NCBI GenBank assembly: GCA_963733035.1
Contig: CAVTBU010000005.1
Location: forward strand, 928,001-992,000
Reading direction: 5' to 3'
Source of the DNA: Pirellulales bacterium
Lineage (GTDB): Bacteria > Planctomycetota > Planctomycetia > Pirellulales > PALSA-1355
Length of the DNA: 64,000 nt
The notes under the pieces are model-generated. The model made no database searches. It was not told the DNA's origin and saw nothing but the letters and a program-made list of their open reading frames with translations. The position numbers were made by a program, and so were the translations under genes. This document shows, piece by piece, positions 1 to 10,352 of this stretch (position 1 is its first letter; each line of letters starts with the position of its first letter).

Positions 1-1434
1 GCGTTTCTGGTCCGGCTGCCGGACGTCAAAACGGCTGACGGTGACCTTGCCGGCGGTTCCCTTGACGAGAATTGATTTGCCGGCTTCGAGTACGAACGGG
101 GCAGCGAGCGTCTGTTCGTGGCCGAACACGACGACTTCAGGCCGGAAGCTGCGGGTCACATGGATCATGGCCGGACCAGTCGTGTTGAGCACGTGGTAGC
201 TGAACTGTCCCGCGAGGTTCTCGCCACGAATGAGCGGGTCGGCCGGGTTCATAGCCCAAAGTGCGCGGAAGGCGCCGTAGCGTGTTTCCGAACTGGGCAC
301 TTCGAGCAGACTTAACAGTTCGTCGTGGGCTGCCATATCGGCCATCGAACTGAGCGCGGCCAACGCATATGCGCGGAAGGCCGGCTCCTCGCGAGCGGCA
401 CGCGCCAACGGGGCCGCGGCGCGGTTGTCATCAAGATAGGCCAAGGCTTCGGCGGCATAGAACCGCACTTCCGGATCGCTGCTTTCGATACCCTTGGCAA
501 GCGCCTCGACACCTTCGCGGCCGATCGCCTCGAGTCGCAATGCCGCGGTCGCGGCGGTGATCGGATCCAGCAATTGACGCTCGAGTAGTCCCACTCGCAG
601 GCTTTGCTCGGCCGGCGATTCTTTGAGCGGAATCGATCGCAGCACAAGAATATAGCGGACGATGTTGTCCTTGTACCGGGGATGTATCTTAAGGTCGATT
701 CGCTCGTCGGTCTTGGGGCTCGCCACTCCCTGCTTGATGCCGCGCGAGAATGTGTGAAACCGCTGATTGATCGCTTGGCCAATTTGCGCGGCCAGACGAA
801 CAGACTTGTCCTCAGGACCAATGAACAGGCCGATGTCTCGCGAACGAAGCGCCGTGCCGCCGCCCAGCACGCGGCCGCGAACCAACAACACACGGTCCTT
901 CTCGCCGTTTGCTGAGGGATCAACTAGCACGGGTCCCTCGCCGCTGGCCAGGTAGTGACCTTCGCGAATCGTCCCGCCCAGAATTGCCATCTGGGTGAGC
1001 CGGGTCTCCATCAGCCAACCGCCGCGCAAACTAGCCGTTTCGCTGTGAACAGGCACTTGTACTTCCAGGTCGAACCGATCCCCTTTCTGAACCCCTGGGG
1101 GTAGGAAGCCACGGACCAAAACCAGGGCCGTCGATGGCGCGGCAAGAAGTTGATTCGGATTCTGCACGCCGATGGTTTGCAATTCGTGTAGCAACGCCGC
1201 GCGCTGTGCCGAGGGGGCCGGGTCCTCGCCCGTACTATCCAGGCAGGTGATCAGTGCTACCGACTCGACCTTGACGGAGTCGTGGCCGAACGGCCGGGCC
1301 ACGTCGCCAACGAGCTTCGTCCGCGATTCCAGCACATCGGCCAAGCCTTCCGGGCTCTGCGAGCGCAGACTGGGCGTAGCGCACCCGCTGAACGCAAGAA
1401 CTCCCAAAAGCAGCCAGGCGTAGCAAGGCTTCAT
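1..1434 (-). CDS. FlgI (P-ring)-like domain + HEAT-repeat lipoprotein, planctomycete type; runs off the window edge
   Basis: Not in the ORF track. My translation from ATG 1434 (GGAG RBS) gives MKPCYAWLLLGVLAFSGC (lipobox), then TGEDP..ALVLVRGFLPPGVQKGDRFDLEV..SLRGGWLMET (FlgI-like) and HEAT repeats (DPEVRFYAAEALAYL); open to position 1. Confidence 0.8.
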   Translation of the reverse strand, partial: MKPCYAWLLLGVLAFSGCATPSLRSQSPEGLADVLESRTKLVGDVARPFGHDSVKVESVALITCLDSTGEDPAPSAQRAALLHELQTIGVQNPNQLLAAPSTALVLVRGFLPPGVQKGDRFDLEVQVPVHSETASLRGGWLMETRLTQMAILGGTIREGHYLASGEGPVLVDPSANGEKDRVLLVRGRVLGGGTALRSRDIGLFIGPEDKSVRLAAQIGQAINQRFHTFSRGIKQGVASPKTDERIDLKIHPRYKDNIVRYILVLRSIPLKESPAEQSLRVGLLERQLLDPITAATAALRLEAIGREGVEALAKGIESSDPEVRFYAAEALAYLDDNRAAAPLARAAREEPAFRAYALAALSSMADMAAHDELLSLLEVPSSETRYGAFRALWAMNPADPLIRGENLAGQFSYHVLNTTGPAMIHVTRSFRPEVVVFGHEQTLAAPFVLEAGKSILVKGTAGKVTVSRFDVRQPDQKR

Positions 1435-1570
1435 GCCGTGCTCCGTAGGTTGTCCCGGCGAGGTCACATCTCGGGTGCTTCCATCCACCCCGCTCGAGAC
1501 GTGGTCTTTTCGCCGCGAGAAACACTCGAACGAGCTTCTCGGAAAACGAAACTAATATGACGAGGGCGGG

Positions 1571-1599
1571 AGAATAGGGACGGGCGTTGGAACGGTCAA
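1571..1599 (-). promoter_or_regulatory. sigma70-type promoter for the FlgI-like gene
   Basis: Minus strand TTGACC-17 nt-TATTCT. Confidence 0.5.
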
Positions 1600-1650
1600 G
1601 ACCGGTTCGTGCCGTAAGCAACTGTCGAGACTCACTGAGTGAGAGTGGTC

Positions 1651-1890
1651 TCAAGGTGGATCGTAACCGCCTGTACAGAACGGATGACAGCGGGCCAGGC
1701 GGCAAATCCCCCGCCAGCCGCCCCGTGCAAAGCCGTATTTCCGCACTGCCCCGATCATGTAGTTGCTGCAAGTCGGCTGAAAGCGGCAGCTTCGCCCAAC
1801 GATCGGGCTAAGCGTAATCTGGTAAAGTCGCACGGCGGCGATCAATAGCCAAGCTGGCAGTTCGCGAATCGTGGCCCAGAGAAAGTGCAT
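1651..1890 (-). CDS. yidD: Membrane protein insertion efficiency factor YidD
   Basis: YQITLSP..CRFQPTCSNY..CHPF..GGYDPP motif; adjacent to rnpA; start uncertain (1890-1938). Confidence 0.93.
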   Translation of the reverse strand: MHFLWATIRELPAWLLIAAVRLYQITLSPIVGRSCRFQPTCSNYMIGAVRKYGFARGGWRGICRLARCHPFCTGGYDPP

Positions 1891-1977
1891 GCAACGCTCG
1901 CACCAGATAGCCATACCAGGCGGGCTGACGAACTCCACCAGAGCCCTTCGCCATTATACCGTTTGGCACGTCACGCT

Positions 1978-2337
1978 TTAGTCCAGTCGTCCGCTAGCTC
2001 GATTCGTCAGTCGGACCAGCGATTCCTGCAGTTTACCCAGACGAAAATTGCCGCCGCGGGGAATCAGGACCAGATCGATGTTCGCGGGTAGTCTCGTCCG
2101 CGATAAGCGAAACGCCTCGCGGAGCAACCGCTTCCAGCGATTGCGTACGACGGCCCCACCGTGCTTCCGTGAAACTGAAAGTCCCAAACGAGGATAACCC
2201 AAATGATTGCGGGCAACGAACACCAGGAGCCGCGAATCTGATGCCGAGACTCGGCGATCGTACACTCGCTTGAAGTCCAAGCTCCGCCGCAGATGAAATT
2301 TGGGCAAAAATCGTTCGGACGTGATGGGGTCGTTCAT
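1978..2337 (-). CDS. rnpA: Ribonuclease P protein component
   Basis: RLGLSVSRKHGGAVVRNRWKRLLREAFR (RNR motif). Confidence 0.95.
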   Translation of the reverse strand: MNDPITSERFLPKFHLRRSLDFKRVYDRRVSASDSRLLVFVARNHLGYPRLGLSVSRKHGGAVVRNRWKRLLREAFRLSRTRLPANIDLVLIPRGGNFRLGKLQESLVRLTNRASGRLD

Positions 2338-2346
2338 TCGGGTCGT

Positions 2347-2652
2347 TCATTCGGGGTCGCGAGCTCGCGGGGGAGGGTCGCGGGGAACAAGCGGCTTGCG
2401 ATACCAATCGTCTTCTCGAAGCGGCGTGGGACCATGCGATTTGCGAACTTCACGCAACACATACCTTCCCGCGACAATCGCTAAACCGATCAGCGCCAAC
2501 CCCACGACTAAGAGCGCCAACAGGGCCAGCATCACTCGAGCGCGGTTCACTGGAGTCAACCGCACGAGCAATGGCTCGGCTTTTTCATTGGTCCATGCCA
2601 GCCGTTCGCCGACAGCTGCCTGGAGCATCGAAATCTTTTCGCCCGTTACCAT
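2347..2652 (-). CDS. Small single-pass membrane protein
   Basis: C-terminal part of ORF 2347..2970; hydrophobic helix [25 protein letters not shown] overlaps the dnaJ stop; fills the dnaJ-rnpA gap. Confidence 0.6.
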   Translation of the reverse strand: MVTGEKISMLQAAVGERLAWTNEKAEPLLVRLTPVNRARVMLALLALLVVGLALIGLAIVAGRYVLREVRKSHGPTPLREDDWYRKPLVPRDPPPRARDPE

Positions 2653-3617
2653 CGCAAATCCCGCCGCGGCTCCTGAGGGTGCGCATCGGCGGCATGCTCG
2701 TCCAATTTCTTGATCAGTTCCACGCACTCCTCGTCGAGCGGAGTGGGAAGCACAATTTGAATCTCGGCATAGAGGTCGCCCGGCTCGCCATTCGGAGGCG
2801 CGACGCCGTGTCCTTTGACCCGCAGCCTTTTCCCGCTGGACGCGCCCGGTGGAATCCGCAGCGCGATCGTTCCCTTGGGCGTTGGCACGTCGACCTTGGC
2901 ACCCAAAGCCGCTTCGGCCAACGTGACTGGCACGCGTACTTCCAAATTGTTGCCGTGCCGTCGAAACCACGGATGTGGCGAAACGTGAATCGTAATTAGG
3001 ATGTCACCCGGCGTGCCGTCGGATACCGATTCACCCTGCCCTCGCAACCGAATCTTCTTTCCTTCGTCAATTCCAGGTGGAATTTTCACGGACAGTGTCT
3101 CGACTTTGCCGTTGCCACGCTGTAACGAGATTTGAGCTTGACCGCCCATCACAGCCGTATGAAACGGAATCTCAAGCTCCGTCGCCAAGTCCGAGCCACG
3201 AACGGGAGCCTGGGGCGCTGCTCGACGACTCCGGGCTCCACCCCGGCGAAACTGCGTGAAGATGTCGCCAAACATCCCGGCAGGATCTTCGCCTCCATAC
3301 CGCTGACCGAACAGTTCGCTGAAATCGATTTCCTCGGCCCCAGGGCCTGCGCCCCACGTGGTGCGTCCTCCGCGCGGTCCAGCACCGGCTCCCATCGATT
3401 CGAACGAACTACCGTACCGGTCGTAAAGTTCCCGTTTGCTCGGATCGTTTAGTACATCGAACGCGCGCTGCACTTCCTGAAATTTGGTCTTGGCGGTCTT
3501 GTCATCGGGGTTGAGGTCGGGGTGATACTTGCGGGCCAGCTTCCGATAAGCTTTCTGAATATCGGCCGCCGAGGCGTCCCGTCCCACGCCCAATGTTTTG
3601 TAGTAATCTTCGGCCAT
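2646..3617 (-). CDS. DnaJ class II / CbpA-like chaperone
   Basis: J domain [18 protein letters not shown] region, DnaJ_C domain; no CxxCxGxG zinc finger. Confidence 0.93.
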   Translation of the reverse strand: MAEDYYKTLGVGRDASAADIQKAYRKLARKYHPDLNPDDKTAKTKFQEVQRAFDVLNDPSKRELYDRYGSSFESMGAGAGPRGGRTTWGAGPGAEEIDFSELFGQRYGGEDPAGMFGDIFTQFRRGGARSRRAAPQAPVRGSDLATELEIPFHTAVMGGQAQISLQRGNGKVETLSVKIPPGIDEGKKIRLRGQGESVSDGTPGDILITIHVSPHPWFRRHGNNLEVRVPVTLAEAALGAKVDVPTPKGTIALRIPPGASSGKRLRVKGHGVAPPNGEPGDLYAEIQIVLPTPLDEECVELIKKLDEHAADAHPQEPRRDLRW

Positions 3618-3841
3618 TCCACCGCCACCGTATGCCTACCGGGCACGATTCTTGGTTCGACGTCAAGTCGAGCGAACCTGCTCGCGACAAGACCAGCTTG
3701 CCGGTTCTCCGCTATTTTACGGCTCGTGCCCGCAAGGCATCAAGCCGCCCCGAATATCGAGAATTCAGCTTCCGCAACGTTCGTACGGAAGGATGCTACA
3801 TTTGAAACATACACCCCTGTCTGCCCGCCACAATTCCACGC

Positions 3842-5386
3842 ATGGGAATCCGAATCATGCTGCGTGCATTGGCCGTCGTCTTGGTTGTACTGCCCTGGAC
3901 CCACGGTCTGACCGCCACCGCGGCGGGCGTCGGCGGCACTTTAACAGTCGAAGTTGTCGATCACGAGACCAAACAGCCACTCGCCTGCCGAATGCACTTG
4001 AAGAATTCGGCCGGCAAGGCGCTCAAGGCCCCGCGTGTGCCGTTCTGGCACGACCATTTTGTCTTTGACGGCAAGATTGCACTTAAATTACCGCAGGGCC
4101 AGTATGAGTTCACTATCGAACGCGGGCTGGAGTATCTTACCCAAACCGGGCGGTTTACGATCAAAAACTTTTCAAAGGATACGACCGTTGTCGAATTAAA
4201 GCGCTTCGCCGACATGGCTTCCGAAGGCTGGTGGTCTGGCGACATCGACGCCGCACGAGCGGCCTCTGACCTGGAACTGCTCATGCGTGCAGATGACTTG
4301 CATGTCGTAGAACTGATCACGTGGCCAGGTCGAAGCGCATTGCTCCCAAAGAAACCGATCGCCAACAACCCGTTGGTCCAATTCGACACGAATCGGTTCT
4401 ACCATTTATCGGCCGGCATTGACGCTCGGGGGGGAGGCACACTGCTGTTTTACAATCTGCCCCAGCCGCTCGATTTGGGCGGACTCAAGCCAGAATTCCC
4501 GCCACAACAGGACATAATCGCCGAGGCCAAGTCGCACTCGAGTGCCTGGGTGAATGCCCAAAAGGCATACGGTTGGGACGTACCGTTGTGGGTCGTCGGC
4601 GGACTTCTAGATTCGGTTCAAGTCATCAACAGCGACTTGCAGCGTTCGGGTTCGGTCGGCCGCGAATTCGACGGCAAGCCCCGTAGCGAATTGCTTTATC
4701 CCGGAAACAGCGGTGCCGGTCGTTGGTCAGAAGATATTTACTACCACCTGCTCAACTGCGGATTGAGAATTCCTCCGACCGCGGGCAGTGGCTCGGGCGA
4801 AGTTCCCAACCCCTTGGGCTACAACCGGATGTACGTGCACGTCGACGGCGAACTGACCTACGAGAAATGGTGGGAAGCGGTACGTGCCGGTCGGGTCGTT
4901 ATTACGAACGGTCCTCTTCTTCGTCCAAGCGTCGAGGGGGAAGTGCCCGGCTTCATTTTTCGTGCCGAGCAGGGTCAGGAAGTTGAACTCGAGGTCGGCC
5001 TGACGTTGTCGACGCAAGATCGGATCTCGTATGTGGACGTCCTCAAGAACGGCGAACTCGACCAGCAAGTGCGGGTCGAAGATCTCGTTCAAGCAGGTGG
5101 AAGGTTACCACCGGTCGTATTTCGCCAGAGCGGGTGGCTCCTAATCCGGACAGCGGCCGAGGTGCCTGGTACGTACCGCTATGCCATGACCGCCCCCTAC
5201 TATGTTGAAATTGGTGGTACGCCACGCATCAGCAAAGCATCCTGCGAGTTCTTTCTCGACTGGGTGCGGGAGCGTTCGGCGAAGATCAACCTCGCTGACT
5301 CCGTACAGCGTGAGGCCGTGCTCAAGTATCACCGTCAGGCCGAGACTTTCTGGCGTGAACGGGCGGAGCAAGCGAACGCACCCTAG
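3842..5386 (+). CDS. Secreted CehA/McbA-like PHP-fold metallohydrolase homolog
   Basis: Signal peptide; ERGLEY, GWWSGD, YYHLLNCGLRIPPTAGS, GYNRMYV, GRVVITNGPLL motifs. Confidence 0.7.
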   Translation: MGIRIMLRALAVVLVVLPWTHGLTATAAGVGGTLTVEVVDHETKQPLACRMHLKNSAGKALKAPRVPFWHDHFVFDGKIALKLPQGQYEFTIERGLEYLTQTGRFTIKNFSKDTTVVELKRFADMASEGWWSGDIDAARAASDLELLMRADDLHVVELITWPGRSALLPKKPIANNPLVQFDTNRFYHLSAGIDARGGGTLLFYNLPQPLDLGGLKPEFPPQQDIIAEAKSHSSAWVNAQKAYGWDVPLWVVGGLLDSVQVINSDLQRSGSVGREFDGKPRSELLYPGNSGAGRWSEDIYYHLLNCGLRIPPTAGSGSGEVPNPLGYNRMYVHVDGELTYEKWWEAVRAGRVVITNGPLLRPSVEGEVPGFIFRAEQGQEVELEVGLTLSTQDRISYVDVLKNGELDQQVRVEDLVQAGGRLPPVVFRQSGWLLIRTAAEVPGTYRYAMTAPYYVEIGGTPRISKASCEFFLDWVRERSAKINLADSVQREAVLKYHRQAETFWRERAEQANAP

Positions 5387-5593
5387 AGTCGTCTCTGCCA
5401 TCTAGATAGGGGCTGATTGTCGCATGAGCAAATTGGGAGCCCAGCAGTGATGGATCACCCTTCGCCTGCTTTCTGCTAAAATCAGAGGCCGATTGACTTG
5501 CACTCCAAGCTCTAAGCGATCAGCATACAGGCGGAAGCACTACGTTTCCGGGGGCAACGATCGGTCGGGAACGCTGGTCGCGGGAGCCGAGCG

Positions 5594-6273
5594 ATGGATT
5601 CTTCCACCAGGGCCAGCAGAAACTCTTTGGGAATGTGGAGCGGTGCGCTTCCAGCCGACCCGTTGGCACCCGATATTTTGGCGGCACAGCGTGGTTGCGA
5701 GGACGCCCTGGGAAGACTGTTTGACGCCTATCGCAATTATCTGCTGAAGGTTGCCAACCAGGTGCTTCCCACACACGTGCGCGGGAAGTTTGGACCGTCG
5801 GATGTCGTTCAGGAAACGCTGCTTCAACTCGGTCGCGATTTCGCCGAGTTCCACGGTTCTAGCGAGGCCGAGTTAAAGGTTTGGATGCGCGAGTCACTGC
5901 TGCGCCATGCCCGCAACATGACCCGCAATTATACCCGTACGAAGATGCGGCAATTGACCCGCGAAGTTCCCCTGGAGGACGCCGACAGGAGCGAACCAAT
6001 CTCATTGGTCGATGACGGCCCTGCTTCGCCGCCCGCCCGACTGTTGGCGGGCGAAGAGGCGGCCGCTTTGGTGGCGGCTCTCGCGCGACTACCCGAAGCG
6101 CATCGCCGAGTCATAGTGCTCCGGCATTGGGAAGGTTGGTCGTTTCTGCAAATAGGAGAAGTCCTGGGACGAAGCGACGACGCGGCACGCAAATTGTGGC
6201 GCGGGCGCTCCTAATGTTGAAGGAAGAGATGCCGAACGACCAGGAATCTCGACGCGAGGCTACCAATGGATGA
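5594..6273 (+). CDS. ECF sigma-70 factor, planctomycete kinase-associated type; apparent 1-nt deletion at about 6198
   Basis: Region 2 YRNYL..SDVVQET..WMRESL and region 4 LARLPEAHRRVIVLR..IGEVLGRS. Restoring one G gives RKLWARALLMLKEEM..., ending at TGA 6273 and overlapping the kinase ATG. Confidence 0.9.
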
Positions 6274-9200
6274 ACGCCTTGCCGGATTGCTCGAGCAGTA
6301 TCACACACGTTTGCAAGCGGGCATGGAAACTCCAGCGGCACCCGATGATACGTTGGAGTCGCCCGAACTTCTGCAGCAGTTGGAAGACGCTAGTGCCACG
6401 CTCCGGCTCATTGAGCGCGTATGTCGCTCGCACGAGTCACTGCCGAATCAGGTCGAGGGGCAGACGGCGTCCAAAGCCAGGTCGGCGGACGACTGGACCA
6501 TCGGCCGTTTCCGCATCGTGCGAGAATTGGGACGCGGTGGCCACGGAATTGTCTTTCAAGCATGGGATCCGGCCGCGATGCGGCACGTTGCGCTTAAGAC
6601 TCCACACCCCGACGTGCTATTCACGACGGAGATGCGCGAACGGTTCCTTCGCGAGGGAGTCGTGGCCGCGCGGCTTGCGCACCCGAACATTCTTTCGGTG
6701 CTGGAAGTGGGCTATAGCGGGGCTCTATACTTCATTGTAAGTCCCTATTGCCAGGGAACTTCGCTGGCAGCGTATCTCGCAGAGCATGGTCCAGTTGCGC
6801 CGTGTCTGGCAGCCAGTTGGGTGGCGGACCTTGCCGACGGGGTTGAACACGCGCATTGCCATGGAGTGCTACATAGAGACATCAAACCTGGCAATGTGCT
6901 GCTGGACGACGCAGCAAACAGCGAAGCAGCGGACGAGTCTGCTTCGAGGTTGATACCTCGGCTGACCGACTTCGGGCTAGCCAAGCTTTCAGCGCCCGAC
7001 TCCGCCGAGACGCGTGCGGGCACATTGCTTGGTACACCGGCCTATATGGCCCCCGAGCAGGTCGATTCAAGCATCGGCGACCAAGGGGCGGCAACCGACG
7101 TCTACTCGCTCGGCGTGCTGCTGTATGAGTTGCTGGTCGGGCGACCACCGTACGGCGGTGAGACTCACGCGGAAGTCATTTGCCAAGTACAGCAGGCAGA
7201 GCCGCCGGCTCCCAAGAAGCTGGGCACCAGCGTTCCGCGCGATCTGGAAGCTATCTGCATGAAGTGTCTCGATCGCAACCCAACATCGCGCTACCACGCG
7301 GCCGGCGACTTGGCCGCCGATTTACGCCGTTACCTGGCGGGTGAAGTTACTCACGCGAGACCGCTGGGATGGCTGAGAACCGCCTGGAAATGGGCGCGTC
7401 GCCGTCCCGCCACGGCAGTTGCGATCGGCATGAGTGGCGTGGCGATACTCGGGTCGGGTTTGGGTGGCGTCTGGCATATCTACCGCGTCAACGCGGCTCT
7501 CGCGTCCGCGCAAGCCGCGCGCGCCGTAGCCGAGCGGCACGAAGCAGAGTTGCAACAACTTGTGTTTTATCGCGATCTGCAGGACGCCCACCGGGCTCTC
7601 GACGACCTCGACGCAAGCAAAGCGAGCCGTTTGCTACGACGTCATGTTGACAGTGATCCCGACGGATTTCTTTGGCGACACTTGACAACACGCTGTTTCG
7701 GTAGGCCGCTGAGAACCGCAGCCCACCGAGGACATGTTCACAGCGTTCAATTCTCTCCAAACGGCCAAAGTCTGTTGACGGCAGGTGCAGATGGTCACGT
7801 CATTTTATGGAACTCAACAGGGCAGAAGCGCAAAGACTTTCGCACGATTGCGCGAGAGGCTAGTTGCGCATCTTTTGCTCCCGACGGCGAAACGTTTGCG
7901 GCAGCCGAAGGCAACCGAGTGCGCTGGTGGCAAGTCTCGACCGGCCATCAGATTTCCACGCGGGAATATGATCGACTCACGGAAATCAATTGGCTCGCCT
8001 GGTCGCCCGATGGGAAACTACTTGCGGCCGCGGGAACGCCAGGCAATGTCGTGATCATTTGGAACCTTGAAGCTGGAAGCATGCGAAGTTTTCCAGCGGC
8101 GCATCACGACGAAATCAACGAACTGAACTTCTCGCCCGACGGATCACTACTCGCCACCGCCTCAAGCGACAAAACCGTCGGTGTATGGGACGTCACCAGC
8201 GGTACCGAGAGAATTCGTTTTTCGCCGCTACAGACGCACGTCACAAGCGTGAGATTCTCGCCAGACGGTCGGTGCCTTGCGACCTGCGGTGCGTGCGGAT
8301 CCGTGAAGATTTGGCGCTTGAACGACGGATTCTGTGAGGCAACTTTTGAAACCAACACTTCACGAATCGACGCGCTCGCTTTCTCGCCGCGCGAGCCAGT
8401 CGTGGCCTTTGGTGACGGCGCGGGCATTATCCGTCAATGGAACTGGCAAGACGACACTTTACCCCAAGTGATCGACGGCGCCAGGGGCCGAATCATGGCG
8501 ATCAATTTCGCGCCGCGGGCGAGTGCATTGGCAGTCGGCGCCACCGACGGGTCGGTTAGCGTTTGGAACTACCGCACTCAATTTCGGCGAGCCGTCACTC
8601 GCCTCCAGGGATTCGGGGCGGCGGCCGCATTTTCAGCCGACAGTCAGCATCTGTTTGTCGGTGCAGCGCGGAAACGGGGCATCTTTTGCCGACGCGGGGC
8701 TCGCTGGGTTCTCGAGGACGTCACTACCGCGCGTTGCGCCTTGGGATGGATTGGCGCGGCCGAAGGCAACTGCGTGTTGGCCTACGATCGTTTTCGTCCT
8801 CGACAAATACGATCGTGGTCACTCGCCAAACCGGATAGCTTGCGTGCGGAACTGAAACTCAACGACGAACTCACAGCGATGGCCGTGACTCCAGACCAAA
8901 GGTTCGCTTTCACGGCTGAGAGGTCGCCCCAGGGAACCATCCGAGGCTGGAGCCTCGCGGAAAATCGCCACCGATTCCAGCTATCGGGCGGCCAGGTCGA
9001 GATTACCTGTATGGCCGCGTCGGCCGATGGAACGCTGCTCGCCTCGGGAGGAGGTTATGAGGCGATTCAACTTTGGAAACTTCCCGAATCGAAGCCGCGG
9101 CAGAAGCATCTGCTTGATGGCGGTGTGTATGCGCTAGCCTTCTCGCCCAATAGCAACACACTGGCCGCGGGAGGTCAAAGCGGGCTCGTACGAATTTGGG

Positions 9201-9499
9201 ACAATGAAACCGGGCAACCGGGCCCCTACACATTCTCACACGGCGAAGCTGTTACCGCTCTCGCCTTCTGTCCCGACGAGCCGTTGCTGGTCACCGGCGA
9301 TAGCGAAGGGACCGTGCGAATGTGGAGCCTCGCCAACGGGGAAGAAATGCTGACGTTAGGACGTCTGCCGGGCAAGACAGCGTTCCTGACGTTCTCGCCA
9401 GACGCCCAATGGCTGGCCGCCGGAAGTGAAGGGAGCGACGGTGCCGAGGGGGAAACGCGCCTTTGGCATGCTCCGAAGGACATTCGAGACATCTGGTAG
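6266..9499 (+). CDS. Hanks-type Ser/Thr protein kinase with TM segment and WD40 repeats
   Basis: GRGGHG, VALK, HRDIKPGN, DFG, GTPAYMAPE; TM after RRRP; many FSPDG..W(D/N) repeats. Confidence 0.95.
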   Translation: MDERLAGLLEQYHTRLQAGMETPAAPDDTLESPELLQQLEDASATLRLIERVCRSHESLPNQVEGQTASKARSADDWTIGRFRIVRELGRGGHGIVFQAWDPAAMRHVALKTPHPDVLFTTEMRERFLREGVVAARLAHPNILSVLEVGYSGALYFIVSPYCQGTSLAAYLAEHGPVAPCLAASWVADLADGVEHAHCHGVLHRDIKPGNVLLDDAANSEAADESASRLIPRLTDFGLAKLSAPDSAETRAGTLLGTPAYMAPEQVDSSIGDQGAATDVYSLGVLLYELLVGRPPYGGETHAEVICQVQQAEPPAPKKLGTSVPRDLEAICMKCLDRNPTSRYHAAGDLAADLRRYLAGEVTHARPLGWLRTAWKWARRRPATAVAIGMSGVAILGSGLGGVWHIYRVNAALASAQAARAVAERHEAELQQLVFYRDLQDAHRALDDLDASKASRLLRRHVDSDPDGFLWRHLTTRCFGRPLRTAAHRGHVHSVQFSPNGQSLLTAGADGHVILWNSTGQKRKDFRTIAREASCASFAPDGETFAAAEGNRVRWWQVSTGHQISTREYDRLTEINWLAWSPDGKLLAAAGTPGNVVIIWNLEAGSMRSFPAAHHDEINELNFSPDGSLLATASSDKTVGVWDVTSGTERIRFSPLQTHVTSVRFSPDGRCLATCGACGSVKIWRLNDGFCEATFETNTSRIDALAFSPREPVVAFGDGAGIIRQWNWQDDTLPQVIDGARGRIMAINFAPRASALAVGATDGSVSVWNYRTQFRRAVTRLQGFGAAAAFSADSQHLFVGAARKRGIFCRRGARWVLEDVTTARCALGWIGAAEGNCVLAYDRFRPRQIRSWSLAKPDSLRAELKLNDELTAMAVTPDQRFAFTAERSPQGTIRGWSLAENRHRFQLSGGQVEITCMAASADGTLLASGGGYEAIQLWKLPESKPRQKHLLDGGVYALAFSPNSNTLAAGGQSGLVRIWDNETGQPGPYTFSHGEAVTALAFCPDEPLLVTGDSEGTVRMWSLANGEEMLTLGRLPGKTAFLTFSPDAQWLAAGSEGSDGAEGETRLWHAPKDIRDIW

Positions 9500-9512
9500 G
9501 TAGCCGAGCGAA

Positions 9513-10352
9513 CTACGTGCCCCAATCGCGCGGATAGCGAAAATCGCGATCCACGGTCCGGTTGGTGAGTTTGGCAATTACCGGCAGACGGCGCTTGTAT
9601 TGATTTCGCCGAACCATTCGCACGACCTGTTCGACGAATTCCGTCTCGAATCCCGCGCGCACCGCCTGCGCCGGCTGCCAACGCCGATCGACCAATAGGA
9701 CTAACAATCGGTCAACCTCGTCATAGCTGAAGCCCAACTCACCCTCGTCCGTCTGACCAACCCAAAGATCGCCGCTGGGCGCCTTTTTGAGGATCGAGTC
9801 CGGTACATGCAGATACGCGGCGAGTTGCCGAAGCTGTGTCTTGTACAAGTCGCCAATCGGATTGATGGCCGATGCCAAATCGCCGAACTGAGTGCCATAT
9901 CCCAAGAGCAGTTCGGTCTTGTTGCTCGTGCCCACAACCAGGCCCTCGAAAGCCGCACTCTGATCGTAGAGAATCGTCATCCGTTCGCGGGCACATTTGT
10001 TGGCCAACCGCATTTGCGTCATCTTGGGCATCGCGGCCACGAAGGCGTCGATTTGTGGAGTGATGGGCGCTTCGAGTGATTGCATACCAAGTGCCGCCAC
10101 GACGGCGGCACTGTCGCGTCGAGTCTCTTCACTCGATGTCTTATACGGCATGGTGACGGCGAGAACGTTTTCCGCCCCCATCGCTCGCACCGCCAAATAC
10201 GCGACGACGCTCGAATCGATGCCTCCGGACAATCCAAACACGGCCCGGTGAAAGCCGGTTCGCCCGATTTCGTTGCGGATAAAGCGAGTGAGGATCTCGG
10301 CGACCAATTCCGGATTGATGGAAAGATCTTTTCCGGCGGCGTCACGTTTCAT
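9513..10352 (-). CDS. nadE: NAD+ synthetase, synthetase subunit
   Basis: GLSGGIDSS PP-loop, ARERM, GTSNKTE, GDLYKTQ, APSGDLW..QTDEGELG; ATG 10352. Confidence 0.95.
   Translation of the reverse strand: MKRDAAGKDLSINPELVAEILTRFIRNEIGRTGFHRAVFGLSGGIDSSVVAYLAVRAMGAENVLAVTMPYKTSSEETRRDSAAVVAALGMQSLEAPITPQIDAFVAAMPKMTQMRLANKCARERMTILYDQSAAFEGLVVGTSNKTELLLGYGTQFGDLASAINPIGDLYKTQLRQLAAYLHVPDSILKKAPSGDLWVGQTDEGELGFSYDEVDRLLVLLVDRRWQPAQAVRAGFETEFVEQVVRMVRRNQYKRRLPVIAKLTNRTVDRDFRYPRDWGT

Noticed and set aside
3618..3841. CIRCE element upstream of dnaJ
   Set aside because: No TTAGCACTC-N9-GAGTGCTAA match
5387..9512. ECF-kinase block as a mobile element
   Set aside because: No integrase, transposase, terminal repeats or target-site duplication seen
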